Positions 1-14,700 of a stretch of DNA of 64,000 nt are shown here, one piece after another. Location: positions 1 to 64,000 of the forward strand of contig JAHLTZ010000022.1 of assembly GCA_025786725.1 (NCBI GenBank). The letters are read 5' to 3'. Each line of letters opens with the position of its first letter. The stretch's first letter is position 1. Position numbers and translations under genes: made by a program. The stretch is from Syncephalis fuscata S228 (taxonomy: Eukaryota; Fungi; Zoopagomycota). Below the pieces are notes generated by a model, which did not search any database, had not been told where the DNA came from, and saw only the letters and a list, made by a program, of their open reading frames with translations.

Positions 1-16
1 TATATTATGGATTCTA

Positions 17-1500
17 GGAGCACAGCCACCTAGAAATACTATTAATCAATCTATCACCACCACCACCACTACTGCTCAGTCCAATGATAATGTTATCAAT
101 ACATGGCCATATCAACAAGCAGAGTATTGGATTGCTCGTGGTAAATTTGAAGAAGCATGTGGAGAGATTACTGAAGCTTTCCATGTATACGATGAAGCTG
201 CCAAAGTCTTACCTGCCAACTCTATTATTTTTCAACAAGCGTTACAAGAATTTACCGACAGAATGGCACGAAGTGGTATGTAGATAGTAGATAGTATTAT
301 GATTGTTTATTAATATACCAAAAGGTCTTCATAATGAGAAGAATAAGCCCAGAATACTTTATTCACAAGCTGATATTAGTAATGCATCTGAAATAAAAAC
401 AAGACGTCATCGATTAATAGCAGAATTGGAAGCGGTATTTGGTAAACAGTATCGTTCAACGACAACGAAAACAACAATAACAACAATAACAACAAATATG
501 GTAAATACTTCATATCATCTTAATCCCATTTATGATATGTCACCGCCTATGATTATTCGCTGTATACAACCTGAACCGGAAAAGACAACAACTGAATTAA
601 CGACTGAACCCACTGTACAAACTTTATTACCAGCCGATACTTCTAGTTATACGAATTCATCGCAGTCTAGACTTGAAAAGAAACGTTTAGCACAAGCAAG
701 TGATGATGGTCAATTACCAACTGCTACACTTGAAGCATTGTCACTGATTTCAGATGATAGCCAATCTAGTGATTCAGACGAAGAAGTATCACCAGAACAG
801 ACTATTAATATAATAACAGTTATTGATACAACTGCAAATCAATTGCTTGATAAACAAGAGTCTAGCAATAATGGAGATCAATATGATGAAGGCGATGAAA
901 AATCTGCCATTCAATCAATACAAAAAACACCAGAGAAGACGGGCACACGCCGACGACCTAGAACACCTGAAGAGACCAGTCCGAATGATCGACCATCGCG
1001 ACGTATTCGATCCATGGGCCATCAAGCTAAATCAGATGATATTGATCCAATTATAAGTACATTTACGGCACTAACACCAATACGAGCATCCAAAATACAA
1101 CAATCAGGTGAGTTGACAAATAGGTTATGATAAACTGCGTTATTGATTGTTTATTAGAATTTGGTGTTAATATGGTTATATCCCCCGTACGTCGCTCAAT
1201 AAGATTATTGCCAAAAGATATTGAGTTGGCTGCAACAACAAATGAACCTGCTGATACTGCTGAACCAAGCCCTGCTCCATTAACTTCAAAAGCAGCGGAT
1301 GAACAGCGTCTTGCCCAATTATTACGTGAACAAGGCTTTGCCTATTTACCTAATAAAGTAAGTAATCATAGGGATCGAATGGAATCGAATGGAATATTAA
1401 TATGATTATTGATTAGGCTTTATCATTGTCAACAGCCAAGGTAGATGTTGTACCATCGCCATCAGCGTCGTCTACAACGGCCGAATCATCTCGACAATAA
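17..1500 (+). CDS. 3' part of a multi-exon protein with CKAP2/TMAP-C-terminus-like motifs (5' end outside window)
   Basis: Manual splicing (exons ~18-277, ~325-1108, ~1159-1357, 1418-1500) gives GAQP...EYWIARGKFEE...YDEAA, a disordered S/T/D/E linker, then VISPVRRSIRL and FAYLPNKAL; TAA at 1498-1500. Motifs recalled from CKAP2 C-termini; no search run. Confidence 0.5.
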
Positions 1501-1729
1501 CTAGGCGTGAATATACGTATACGTATAGCAAATATAAGTTTTTTAAATAAAATATTCTATCTGTATCTATAATCTATTGTATTCCCTATTGCCATTGATA
1601 CTACATCAATACGAAAGATATGTAACAAACTGCTATTTTTACAAGTTAGATAGAATGATTTATGAGCAGAAAAATGTTTAATTATTATTAAATATTATAT
1701 AGTAAATATTTATGAAAGACTAAGTTGAC

Positions 1730-2274
1730 TATTTACCTACTCCCCTCATAGGCTGCAAATCTTTTTGCGCGATCAATTGTAACGATTTAAATAGTTGGCG
1801 AGTGGATTGAATTGATTTGTGTTTAAATGATCATCCACAATAAATATTAATGTAATGTAATAGCATTATCATTTTATAAAATATAATTGATTGTAACAGA
1901 ACATTGTATCAGTAATTGTACGTAGTAAAAACAACAACAATTGCGGAATGATATGGAATCGCGATCAATGGCTTTATTAATATTCGATCAACTTTTCTAC
2001 ACATGGCCAACAACAACAATGATCAGCCTCAAATGTTTCAAATAAATCAAATAGTGTGTTGCATTCTTTATTTAAATGTTTAAAATTATTACTGATACAA
2101 TGTTCTGTTACAATCAACTATATTTTATGGAATGATAATGTTATTATATTACATTGATATTTATTGTGGATGATCATTTAAACACAAATCAATTCAATCA
2201 ACTCGCCAACTATTTAAATCGTTACAATTGATCGCGCAAAAAGATTTGCAGCCTATGAGGGGATTAGGTAAATA
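1730..2274. mobile_element. MITE/foldback element with ~187-bp terminal inverted repeats
   Basis: 1730-1916 (tatttacctactcccctcataggctgcaaatctttttgcgcgatc...) is a near-perfect reverse complement of 2088-2274 (...gatcgcgcaaaaagatttgcagcctatgaggggattaggtaaata); ~170-bp non-coding spacer; TSD ambiguous (TA, or degenerate 9 bp). Confidence 0.85.
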
Positions 2275-2921
2275 TTAGTTAAAAATAAACGAATACAGTA
2301 CTGCAAACAAAGCATTCTAACAAACGGATTTATAAATAGCACATTTTATATGTAGTTATAATATATCAATACAGCTATGAGCTGATTAGGCGGATGAATA
2401 CATACACTAATAATCAATGACAGGTAGAAGAAAACTAAATATATTTGTATGAAATGATAAGTGATAATAATTGATGCTTAAAGTAAGCCGACAAATGGTA
2501 TTGTAAAGAATGCTATACCAAAAAAATAAAAGCCATACAATCTATTTAAGTTTCGTTCAAAATTTCATAAAAACTTTTGATTTTTTTTCAAAATGCTACT
2601 TCATCAACAAACGAATGAAAATTCTTAAAAAAAGTGAATTGAGCAGGATGTTGTTATAAAGAAATGGTGAGAATGAAACTGGAAAGCATGATGTTTGTGT
2701 ATGTGTGTATGTGTATGTATATGTATGTGTCTAGTTACTAACAAAAAAAAGATAAAAATGGCTAGTCGTAAAAAAAGTAGTAATAGACAGACAGACAAAC
2801 AAACAAACAGACAAACAAGTAAACATACAAACAAACAGACAACAAGTAATAGCGATAAAAAATAGAAAAGCGAATGAAGAAAAAAAGTGAACAAATTAAT
2901 CATGTCCAGTTTTCATGCTTG

Positions 2922-5474
2922 TCATTGGAATGAGGTAATATGTGACGATGTATCGGATGTTAATTCAGCCTTGATAGGCATAGCAGAATTACCACCTAAC
3001 ATGGATATCGAAGAGGGTGGGGACGACGACGACGACGAAGGCAGCACTGATTGAGAAGGTGCTTGGACCATATCTAATTCAGGAAATGGTAATACTGGTG
3101 CAGGTGGATGAATTAAATCCTCGTCGATGTCAGCTGGTTCGCTCTCTAACAGCTCTTCTACCATCTTTGTATCCGCTAATAGCCGTGATAGCGAGGATGG
3201 CATTGCTGTATCAGTGGTGGCCTTGTCATCGTTATCTGTAATACTACCACTGTCGCTAGGCCTATTGCTTTCTTCTTTAACGCTGTTACTGGCCTGGCTG
3301 CGTAGTTGGTTATTCTCTTGATAAAGCGCTTTTGCCAACTCTTGTAGTCGCTTTACTTGGCCACGTCGTTCGGCCAAACGCTGCTGAGCAAATACAAGTA
3401 CGCGCGACTTATACTCAAGCTCTTTCATATAGCGTTCTTTACGCTGACGGAAAGCACGCTGTGCTGCACGGTTCTGTGCCGCACGGCGTGCAGACGCTGA
3501 ACTAATAGGTGGGGAGGCATTGTTCGGTGGTAAAAGTGAGCCAGACTGTGACGGCGTCAGCGGCTGATACTGCGGCCGAGTCGGCTGGAATGATAGTGTA
3601 GACGAAGTGGGCGTTGTAGCGGGCATCATACGATGGAAAGCGGGATCACGAGCATAAAGTCTATTCGAATCGTCAGAATGTTGACCGTGGATGTTAAGTG
3701 GTATAGGCCTTGGAGATACTGAAGGCATTAGACCACTCATGGTCATTTCAGCCGCAGACGTGGCTGCAGGCGCAAGCATTGATGCCGGTCGTTTACTTGG
3801 TATCATGCTGGTGCCATTGTTGCCAATGGCCGATGGATGCATGGGTGGCGATGGTGATTTACCGCCAAATGAGGCTGTTCGTTGTCGGCGCGACACGTGC
3901 TGATGGTCCTCAACTCGGAATGTTGTATATGTCGATGAAGAATGCATCGAATGACCCGAGTCGCCACCTGGCCCATTACCTATCATAGACGATGGATGAT
4001 TGGCGCCATCTATAAATATACAGTTATTATTACATCATATTATAGTAAATTAGTAAATAAATATATAATTACATAATACAGCCTATTAAAAGCCAGTGTA
4101 TTCATTTCACCTCTCCTTGCTCTATTAAGGTAACTTACATGGTACAGAGGTGGTATGACTGTAGCCTTCAGCGTTCATAGGCCGTGTCACGTGTGATGGT
4201 GGTGCTGGAGCAGCTGTAGGTGGAGCAGCTGTGGCAGCAGTTGTATTGGTGGCAGTTGTGTCATGTGGGTGATTAGGTCCATAGTGGGAATAGTTAGATC
4301 TGGCATTTGGAGGTGCATCCAAAGGCGGTCTTGCAGACGAGAAAGGTGATGATGTGCGTGTGCCGCATAGGTGCCCTGTTGCATATAAGCATTTTGATAA
4401 CGGCGATCATGATGATCGCGATAATAATTAGCGTCATGCTGGCTGCTATTCATTGATGAAGGGGTGCCATTGTAAGGCATCGATGAATGAACCGATCCTC
4501 CCATGTAAGACGGTGGATGTGGATAATTATTACCATGCGAAGAAGCATGTGTGTGCTGAGGTGGGCCGTATGGATTATGAGAATGCGGGATGGAGCCATT
4601 TAACGAATCTGCAGAAACAGGAGCATGCTCATACGATGCAGTAAAAGAAGATCTTCTTGCAGCTGCAGTAATTGTAGTATTAGCACCTGCTGTGGTACCG
4701 TTGCTATTATTGCTATTATTGCTATTGTTATCATTATTGTTAGTATTACATAATGATGAGTATGACGATGTTGATTCATATCGTGTCCGTTCATAGCTGT
4801 TCAGCTGCTGTACAGTAGACATGGCAGCATTTCTGGGCGGCGATAAGCTTTGGTGCCGGCAACATGGACCGGTGCATCCAGGAGAGCCACTATGGTGTGC
4901 ATTTCTTGGGTCATCCGGTGACCATCGACGGCTACTCATTAGATTAGATGATGCGTTACCATGGGCTGTTGGCGCAAATGTATCATTCGAAGGCATGGCA
5001 CTTCCCGATGTAGTATTATGGGATGAATACCATCGTTCACTATTGCCATAGGCACTATTGTTTGTGTTATTACCACGTAAAGGTGCCGTTTCAGTCGGTG
5101 TCATATTGGCGGCGACCATGACACTATTTGAAGCCGACGCAATGGTAGATGGAACTGCAGATGTAGTCAGAGCAGCGGAGGCTCAGACACCATCCTAGAA
5201 AGGTTGTATGAATAGTAGTGTTCGGGGGGACTCGGATGATTCGGCGCTTTTGTTGATGTTGGCGATAACAAGAAGTATCTGTTGAAATATCCCGGTGATC
5301 GTCACTTGACTTGATCGACACAGGTGGCGATGGCCGTTGAGTGTCTGTAACCGATATACGCGATGTTGAATGTTGGACTAAGTTTGAAAAGTCGCTATGA
5401 CCGACGCTATTGCACGCCGCCTGATGGACGGAAGATACAGCTAGCGCGTTGTTATGCTTACTGGGTGATACCAT
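2922..5474 (-). CDS. bZIP transcription factor, AP-1/Yap-type basic region, long low-complexity N-terminus
   Basis: RRAAQNRAAQRAFRQRKERYMKELE plus leucine zipper in ORF 2922-3986; intron 4010-4138; upstream ORFs 4125-4322, 4187-5119 and 5124-5480 join through apparent frameshifts. Start uncertain. Confidence 0.85.
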
Positions 5475-6999
5475 GACCAAGGGGCGCGACTGGCCTTTGG
5501 ATAAAGTAACACCAAGAGTAGAGCGATAACAAAAAAGTAATCACTACGTGCACCTAAACTATAAGAAAGTGCAATTGCGTAAGTTGTCGTTGTTGTGGTC
5601 GTTATTAAGCCACCCGCAAATTAAAACGCAGCAGATAAGAGTCCAAATTGGTAGATATATAGACTGCACTGTAGCACGCTTGCGCTTTTTTTGAATGTAT
5701 ACACGCCAGTAAAATAAAACAAATAGCTAAGCGAACAAACAAACGAGCAAATAAAAGATAGAGTATCGTGCTGGTTGAGCAGAACACAAGCGTGTTTACG
5801 TGAACAATAAATCGTTTTTGAAAATAGACGCTGAGTAGTTATATGTGCACAACGATGACGAAATACACCGACTATGGATGGAAAAATAGGGGAACGTAAC
5901 CAGTCAAGGACTGCAGGCACTGGCGGCTAGTAGAAAGAAAGAGAAAGTCGACTGCAGTCGGTGGGTGTGTATTATAAGTTGAACTAAATAACAATGTGTG
6001 ATTGCTTACACGGACTACACAAGCACCACTGAGAGAGAAGAGGCCATCGGCCATAGGAAGTCAATTCAATGCACAGAAAAAGAAAGCCGGTAGGCCGAGA
6101 AGGCCAGCATCCTTTACAATGTGCAAGAGTGTCGTAGGCCTGCCTGCATGTAGTACGCCACTTGACACAAGACAGAATAAGGCATGGCGTGCATGATGGA
6201 CTGCAAGTAGCTGACAAACCAGTCCACGGCTGCTTATCTTAGAAATAAAACCATCGATTGACGGGCACTCTTAAGTATGTGCTGTTGTAGGGAACATAGT
6301 ATTACTTGAAAATGTGTTGTTTCATTGTTACCGCCACACACAAACAAGGGGATTTCATTAACAAAAAAGCGAGAAAAGAGGGAGTCCAAATGGCATCAAT
6401 TCAAATTAGTGGCGCCGACAGCAGCGGTTGCAGTTGCAGCAGCAGCCAGCAACGGATACTGCAGTTACTGCAGCTGTAACAACGGTCGTATAATCATAAC
6501 AATAGATGCATGCCCACACGCTTGGCCGAAAACGGGTTTAATCATTTACATAGAGAACAGGTAATCGATGGTCATGGGCCAGATCCATATAGTTCCGAAT
6601 TTCCATCATATCAAACAAATACCGAGGTTTGATGCACAGTAAACATTTTGGAACAAAGCAGGAGCAAAAATGACAAAGAGATTAGTGATGCCGTGCATAA
6701 AGAAGGAAAATGGGCCTAGTCAAGTGCTTGTACGTCAATTACAGAGCACAAATTGAATAGTAATGAAGCAAGTTGATTAATAAGTGCACAATAAGTACTC
6801 TAATAGGACTTTATGATAATAAATTCAACTAAGTTATAATCAATACTAAACGATATATTCATTACTGGCTATATTTTGTGAATAATAATAATAAATAGCG
6901 CGTATATAAGTTGTAATATATATTATGTATGTATATGAATACATCAATAAATAAACATATAAGCATCAAGATAGATAGAACATATATAAACACATATAT

Positions 7000-7052
7000 A
7001 AATACATAGATACATAGATACATAGATACATAAATACATAGATACATAAATA
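7000..7052. repeat. (ATACATAG)n microsatellite
   Basis: Directly visible tandem 8-mer. Confidence 0.8.
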
Positions 7053-9774
7053 ATATATATATAGTATAGCAATACTCTACCGTATTCGCTTGTTGCATTA
7101 TATCATCTGTTCTCTATTAAAAATACCACCCAATTCTACTTACTGTAACTACTTGAAAATGTTATCTAATAAATACTAAATAAAATAGAAACAAAGCTAG
7201 ATGAAAAGTACTAACGTGTTATGGAAAAAGTGCTGGAGAAAGCAACTAGGGCCTTGTACGAGTGCTATGAGACTTTTGTCTGCAGCTAAAAATGCAACTC
7301 GTGGCAACAAGTCGCGCTAATAAAACAGTATTTTATACTGGTTAATAGCAACAAAGAATGCAATACTATCACGACTAGTATACTGTTCGCAATATTACTG
7401 CAGCTTTACGAAACAAAAAAAATAGAAACGAACTAGTAGCAAGCAAAGAACGGATATAAGGTTAACTAGTAAGTAGTAAGCAAATAAATGGGATGAATGA
7501 AGCGATAGTGAGCGATAAATAAAAGAGATGGATAGAAAAATGAATTGATGAAGGTGCGTATAAATTGAGTGGATAGTAGCTGTGTCTTTAAGGAATGAAA
7601 TAATGGAATAATAGTGTGTGTAAGCAAGTGTGGATGTGTGTGTAGCAGTAGTATAATCTTATGTGTTTAATAAAAAGTTATAAAGCAACTGTAAATGTGT
7701 AGAAGAATAATAAATGAAAGAAATGCAAATTTAATGTTGTGTGCATCACACTAATAACTATTATTTGGCCGTGTCTCCTCTCTGTTTGCGATCCTGATCA
7801 TGTTCCGATTTCTATTTTCTACGTTTAGTGATAGCCAATTCGGGGAATTCGTTTCCGCTAGCAACACAAGGCTAAGTAGCAAGTGAGACTTAGCTTGTGA
7901 CCAAGCATTAGGAAAACAACTCGTGGTATCGGAGGCCCAATGGCATTTTTAACATGAAAATAAGCATAAGGCAGTTGTCGTAGCTACTAGCATTAGCAAC
8001 TGCTGCAGTAAGATTAGGAGTAGCAGCGGCAGCAATAGTAGTAGTGGCAGCAGCAACAATAATAACAATAATAACAATAATAACAATAATAGTAATAATA
8101 TCATCATTATCCGTTTAACACACCATGCGAATATCATGGCGGCTTATTGGTTCACCACGTGTGTACCCCTTCGCATTTCCTCAACCCAAATTGATCGAAA
8201 TAGTCTGGCCCGACACGCGCGCACCATTATATGGTACTATACGCGGTTTATCTGTCTGGCGACCAATATACTCATCAATTCTTAATATGTCTCTTGTTGT
8301 TAAGCTAACCCGTACTTTGGATCGCTAATACTGGATATGTAAAAAATTTTTATTATTACATCGTTTAGAACCCCGTGTCTACTCCTTGTTCATCAAAGCT
8401 TACAAATCAATTGGCCATCAGTAACTTGAAGGCCTAGACTCGGATCGGTTATACACACACACACACCAGCAAGATGTGCGGCCACAGCATAACACACACA
8501 GTCTACCTTTGCAAGAGCTTGAAGGTGGTAATGGATAGCAACCAGCATACGCCTTGCATCTATTGGTGTACAGGCATGGCTCGGCATTACGGTACCACCG
8601 GACGAATATTTACGCGCTCACCGGGATTTAAAGAATGTCGTCAGTAATGGTAATTAGTATAGATTCTCACGTGGTTTCGGTAAACTCGCTGACACAACTG
8701 CTAAGTAATATTGTGCGAGATGTGTCAGCAATGTTGCATCTATACGTTTGAGGCTTATGCATGTAAAAAATGGTTTCATTGACAATGGTTTATCCTTTAC
8801 CCTGCTGCAGTGTAAACAAGGGGTGGAAGGAGGAGGAGGATGAGGAAGCGATGGAAGGGGATGAAGGCCAATAAGACCGAATATCTGAACGATAAAACAC
8901 GCGAATAAGCAAGTAGAACAAATAAAAATAGCCTTATTACTGGCTAGATGGATAGATGGATAGGCACACGCACATAGGTAGACAGATAGACAAGTACATT
9001 GTGTTAGACAAAACTACAGTCCTTGTAATGCTAATTGCTGATTGGTACAAACAATGATCTTGGCATCTGTTCTAAAAAGAATTGTCGCCTATTCCGATAA
9101 TAGAGACCGGTTGTTATGATACTCTTCTTTTATCGTGTATTCCATAACATCACTGACTACGAAAATAGCTATCTAGCTAACCGCCAACAATAAATACACC
9201 TACAGTTAAGGCAGTCAAGGCACCAATCGTTAAAGGCATCACTTCTCGCCTCTAGCAGGCCTGGTTGTGGATTTGACGCCATTATTAGCATTATCTACTA
9301 ATGATTCAGTTGTAATGCAGCATGATGCATGCAGCACTGCTCTACAAACCGGCCAGCCTCTTCCATAAGCCGGTAGATTACAGATTTGGGGAACGGAAAA
9401 CACACCCAGCTATTCTCTATAGAATTCCAATGTCACCACACAATTTGTTTGTTTGGAACAAGTTTTTCCGAAAAGCTGTTTTGCAAGTGCGACTTGATTT
9501 AGGCGGCAATTGACACGAGAGCTACTGTACAGAAATGTTTTTGGCCCGATTAGGACATGTTGATGGTACAGTAGCACTGGTGGAAAGTTCCCCACTTTTT
9601 GCAACTACATTTGTTTCTATAGAAAGAAACGAGCAATTAACGACAAAGCCACGTCTTTTCTCCTTTACCCTGATCGTCATGTGAACTATTATGGGGAAGT
9701 ATTTGTGTGGTGGGAAGGCTTACGTGTATAATCTAAGATCTATAATTACTATTATACAAAATAGTACATGTATT

Positions 9775-9900
9775 GTATATATATGTGTGTGTGTATTTTA
9801 TGTGCATGTGTATATTTGTGTGTGTGTACGTATTCGTATGTATATGCGTGTGCGTGTGCATTTGTGTATATGCGCGTGTGTATATATTTGTGTGTAAATT
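9775..9900. repeat. Degenerate (TG/TA)n alternating purine-pyrimidine tract
   Basis: Directly visible; source of the spurious C/V/Y-rich ORFs. Confidence 0.8.
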
Positions 9901-11718
9901 ATATGCATCGGAAGCAATATCGCCCAACAAATATCGCCGCCCTACTAATTTTGTTTTCTTTTTAATTGTCTATTATGGCAATTCAACCTTGATCGATTAT
10001 AATGAAAATATTGGCGGTGGTCAATCTCATTGCTGTACTTTCTTGATCACTTAATCGAGTCTGAGATTTCTAGCGTTATATTGTCTGAATTGAATAAGCA
10101 TTACATTTTATTATCACCAGAATGGAGCTATTATACCCCGACTCTATATCTTTTATTTACCCATTTCACCGCCTTTTTCTTATTGCTATTTTATCGTTTC
10201 ATTTCTTTTAATTATTCTATTTGGTAATATATTATATGTTAAGCCGAATATATCAATATAAATAAGGAAATTTGGAAAAATGTTTTGTTTTTAAATTTAA
10301 AAATAACTAATAAATATTTATATTTAAATTATGTTTGTTTTTTATTGCACCTCGCTTTTTGTAATGGAGTTCACCACCGACTGAATACTCTTTAATAAAC
10401 GCTTTCTTTTTATGATATCTATTCATTATTAGTATGTATTTTTTTCAATAAAAACATTTATTTCAGCATAATTAGTGCTAATTTTACATAGCATATTTTG
10501 TATTGTATTTTTTAAGTTGTATTTGCCACAAGTATATCATTAAAAGTCTTTTAACAAATAAACCACGATTAGCATTGCTGTTAATATTAATACAATCAAC
10601 TAAATTATGTAAATAGCAGTTTTAAATTAAATTCGTTGCATTTATTGTGATTAACTTTTTTCCATCAGGGATTTTTAGCTTTTTAGCTCTTATTATTCAA
10701 CATTATTATAAATACATAATACTATAATCAATAATAATAAAAATGCCTTTCATAATCGAATTCATTTTAGATTGTTATCAGAATTTATACAGTTACAAAT
10801 TTGTTATAAGTTAAAGTCGTTTGATAATAATAATAATTGATTAAACTAATATTAAAACATTTGCTAAACTATTTCTTCTATCTCTTCCTCTTCTTTAGTT
10901 ATTTGGTTAAAGTTGCATTATTTTATTATTACTGTCGTAGCAATGTCATTCTTTTTTATCGAATCAAAGCAGATCAAGTTTTGTAATAAAAATAATAGCA
11001 TCTATTAAGCCATTACAATTGTTAATGTATATTAAATAATTAAATACGTGCTTACCTTAATACTTTTACTTGTTGGCATTGTAATGATGTTGCTATATTC
11101 TTAAATGTAAAACCAAAGAGATACAAGTCTAAACCCATCAACGACAATCCTCAGCTCTTTAACACTGTCAAATATAGCTTTTTAGATAGTCTAGTGGACA
11201 TTTATATATATATTCTTAATAAAAAAATTCAATAGTTTAGTAATTTTATTTATGCTTATTTGAAACCGTAGTTTATTATGGAATTTTCAAAAACAAATTA
11301 AAAACGGTGCATTTTTAAAATTCCCCATTCAATAATTACTAGAATAAATAAGTAGACACTTATTAATTAATTAATAATGTATTATTGCAGCTATTATTTT
11401 AATTAACACAACTACTAGACTTTTATTCCTGTAACAATCTATTGCATAAAATGATAAGCACCCGCCCCTTTCCTTTACGGCGCGATAAACAATATTACAA
11501 CAACGCTTTTTGTTTATTTTGAATGGTTTCCTGGCCATAGACTTGTTTAATAGTGGCCGTAATAGTTGGTAACTTCTTTCTTTTCTACTCTATACTCCAT
11601 TTGTGCGTTGTTTGTATCTGTCCCCACAGTATAAACCGTCTTGGTTCTAAATACTATATTCATCACTACACTTTATTCACTTTCTCTACTGCTTTATTAA
11701 CACAATGTACAAACGAAA

Positions 11719-14700
11719 ATGGCCAACGATTCCCTTGATAGTATTCTATTAAGTTTATTGGCGATCACGTTGACGACTACGGTTAAAGCGAAACAGAGAC
11801 CGTTGTTGCCAGCTACATCGCCCAATCCTGGCACTTTAATGCAAACGTGGCTTCGTCGCGCTAAAGATGAAGGCGGTGAATGTCCGCCTTGCTTCAACTG
11901 CATGCTGCCTGGCTACCCATGCTCACATTTCAGCAAATGCGATGAATTCACCGGGCGATGTATATGTCCAGCCGGATTTGGCGGCGAAGATTGTTCACAG
12001 CCTGGTAGGTGGGCGTCATTTAATCTTAAGCGATTAAGCGCTCGATATAGCTATTATATTGTATTTAATAGGCAATAAGCTAACAAATGTCCACTAGTCT
12101 GCGGTGGATTGTCTGATGGCACACATCGTATGCCACGAGAAGGCGATTCTTGTCAATGTAAAGATGGCTGGGAAGGCATTCACTGTAATAGTAAGTGGCA
12201 TAGCTATAGTTATACATATGTACTAATAGTCAACTGTAAACAAGTATGTAAACAAGATGATGCCTGTCTGCCGTTAGTACCAACAAACAGAAATGCAACA
12301 TGTTTTCGTGGCGGACTAGTTGTTAAAGCAAATCATCAAATGTGCAACGTCACAAGTAAGTGACTATGAAGATAGGCAGTTCAAGCATTTAATTAATAAT
12401 AAATAAATATATGAATATATGAATATAATAATATGGTATTATAGATAAAAAAATTCTTGATATGTTACCGGATCGACCACCACAGGTTACATTTTCATGT
12501 CAAAAGGAACCGGCTACTTGTAATTTTCAATTCTGGATCAAAGAAGTTGAATCATTTTACTGTGCACTTGATAAGTGCAAGTTCTCCCAGGACCCTGATG
12601 ACGAAAATCGATTATTCTATCAGTGTAAGAATGTCCAGTGTCGTTGTAAACCAGGTGCCATGCTGTGTGGTGAAGACGGTGGCATTGATTTATCTGATTT
12701 CTTAACCGAGGAAATTAAAGGGCCGGCCTCATTTAACTGTGAAGGCGAACATTGTAAATTTGAAGAGCCAGAAATGAATAAGTTGATTCTTAATATATTT
12801 GGAGATGCTTTTATCGGTCTGGATTGTCGATCGGGCGAATGTTTACACTATACACAAGTGCCAGGCTTTAAACGATCTCCAAAGCGTAGCAGTACACCTA
12901 TGATGATAGTATCTATCATAGCAGTTGTATTACTGCTCATTGCTGGTGTTAGTGGTAAGTAGATTTGGATAAACGATTATAGTCGATTGTATTAATTATG
13001 ACCATTTAGCTATTGTTATTATGGCCAAGCGACAGAATGAAGGCACCATTCGACTATCAGATTCTGACGAAGGCAACGGAGCCGCATCTGATCTAGATGA
13101 TGAGGGTGGTAAATTGATGGCCGACCATACACCAGCGACTCTTTCATTCCGTGAAGTTAATTATTTCGTCGGTAAGAGCTTTAATATTAGTAATAGTATG
13201 AACTGAATTAATATTTATTATTTATTTAGCGGGTAGTCATGTACTTAATAATATACTGGGTACTGTACAGCCTGGTGAACTTATGGCTATTATGGGTGCA
13301 TCTGGTGCGGGCAAGACTTCTTTACTGGATATTCTTGCTCAGCGTAATAAGTCTGGCGAGGTTCATGGCGATATATTTGTTAATGGCAAGACAGTGGACA
13401 ATCAAACTTATCGACGTGTTATTGGCTATGTCGACCAAGAAGACACACTTATGCCGACCCTTACCGTTTATGAAACTATTCTTTATTCGGCACTATTACG
13501 CCTACCGGCTGATATGTCGACCGATGCAAAGCATAGTCGTGTAATGGATTCTATTCACGAATTGGGCATTTATCATATTAGAAATCGACGTATTGGTGAA
13601 TCGGGTGCCCGCAGTATCTCTGGTGGTGAAAAACGACGAGTCTCTATTGCTTGCGAGCTTGTTACATCGCCGGCCATTCTATTTCTTGATGAACCGACCT
13701 CTGGTCTTGATTCGTATAATGCACATAATGTGATTGAGTGTTTGCGTACATTGGCGCGTGAATATCGACGTACCGTCATATTTACTATTCACCAGCCTCG
13801 TAGTGATATCTACGCCATGTTTGACCGACTAATTCTACTGGCTGATGGCTGGCTTGTTTATTCGGGTAGTGCACAAGCAGCTCGTAATCATTTTGCACAA
13901 GCAGGGCACTCTTGTCCTATTGGCTATAATGTGGCCGACTTTTTAGTTGATGTAACTAAAGAGAACCAATGAAAACAAAACAACCTGTAGATTTGGCAGA
14001 TGACATAGAAATGATAATGAACCTGGTACAAGTCGTCGTTATCGGCCACGTCGTCGCCGTCAACAGCAACAGCAACAACCAGATGAAGATAATGAGCAGA
14101 CTGCTCTATTAGGCTCTAATAGATTAGATTTAAATAGCGGCCTAATCTTCGTAGTGATCGTATTAGTGATTTCTACGCACCACCCATGGTATCGCCATAT
14201 GATTCAGATGACGAGATTATGGATGCTGATGATGAACCACGGCTGCCGCTGCTTATTGGGAGAATGATATGAATGCAAATCCATGGGCATCTCAAAGTGT
14301 TATCCGTACTAGACGGCCTGATAGTATGCGAAGTGCCGATACCATGTCATTGGCCAGTGGTCGTTTACACGGCGATACAGAAGTGGTAATGAGTTCGCAT
14401 TTGAAACACTAGTTAAAGCGTATAGACGCTCAGAACTAGCTCGACAAACGTTAGAGGATATTGAACGACAAACGAGGTAGGCTAGTTACATCCAGTATTA
14501 TGTTGTGTAAATACTAATAATATTCAAGTACAATTCATGGTGAGCCATTTGGCGTTGAAGTGCCCAGTTTCTTTGATATGACGGCACCTCGACGCAGTTC
14601 TCGTTGGACGCAGTTCCGTATTCTCAGCAACCGTACCTTTAAGAATCTATACCGTAATCCATATTTGATGCTTACACACTATGGTATTAGTCTATTTCTA

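Noticed and set aside
2625-10227. Short L/C/V/Y-rich ORFs (2625-2903, 6862-7098, 7949-8137, 9691-10054)
   Set aside because: Translations of microsatellite or low-complexity DNA.
13960-14480. ADP1 (and SCO1, DHR2, MOD5, bZIP) as pseudogenes or programmed frameshifts
   Set aside because: Where checked (SCO1, DHR2), the breaks are single-base losses in short homopolymers within otherwise conserved genes; assembly error is the simpler explanation.
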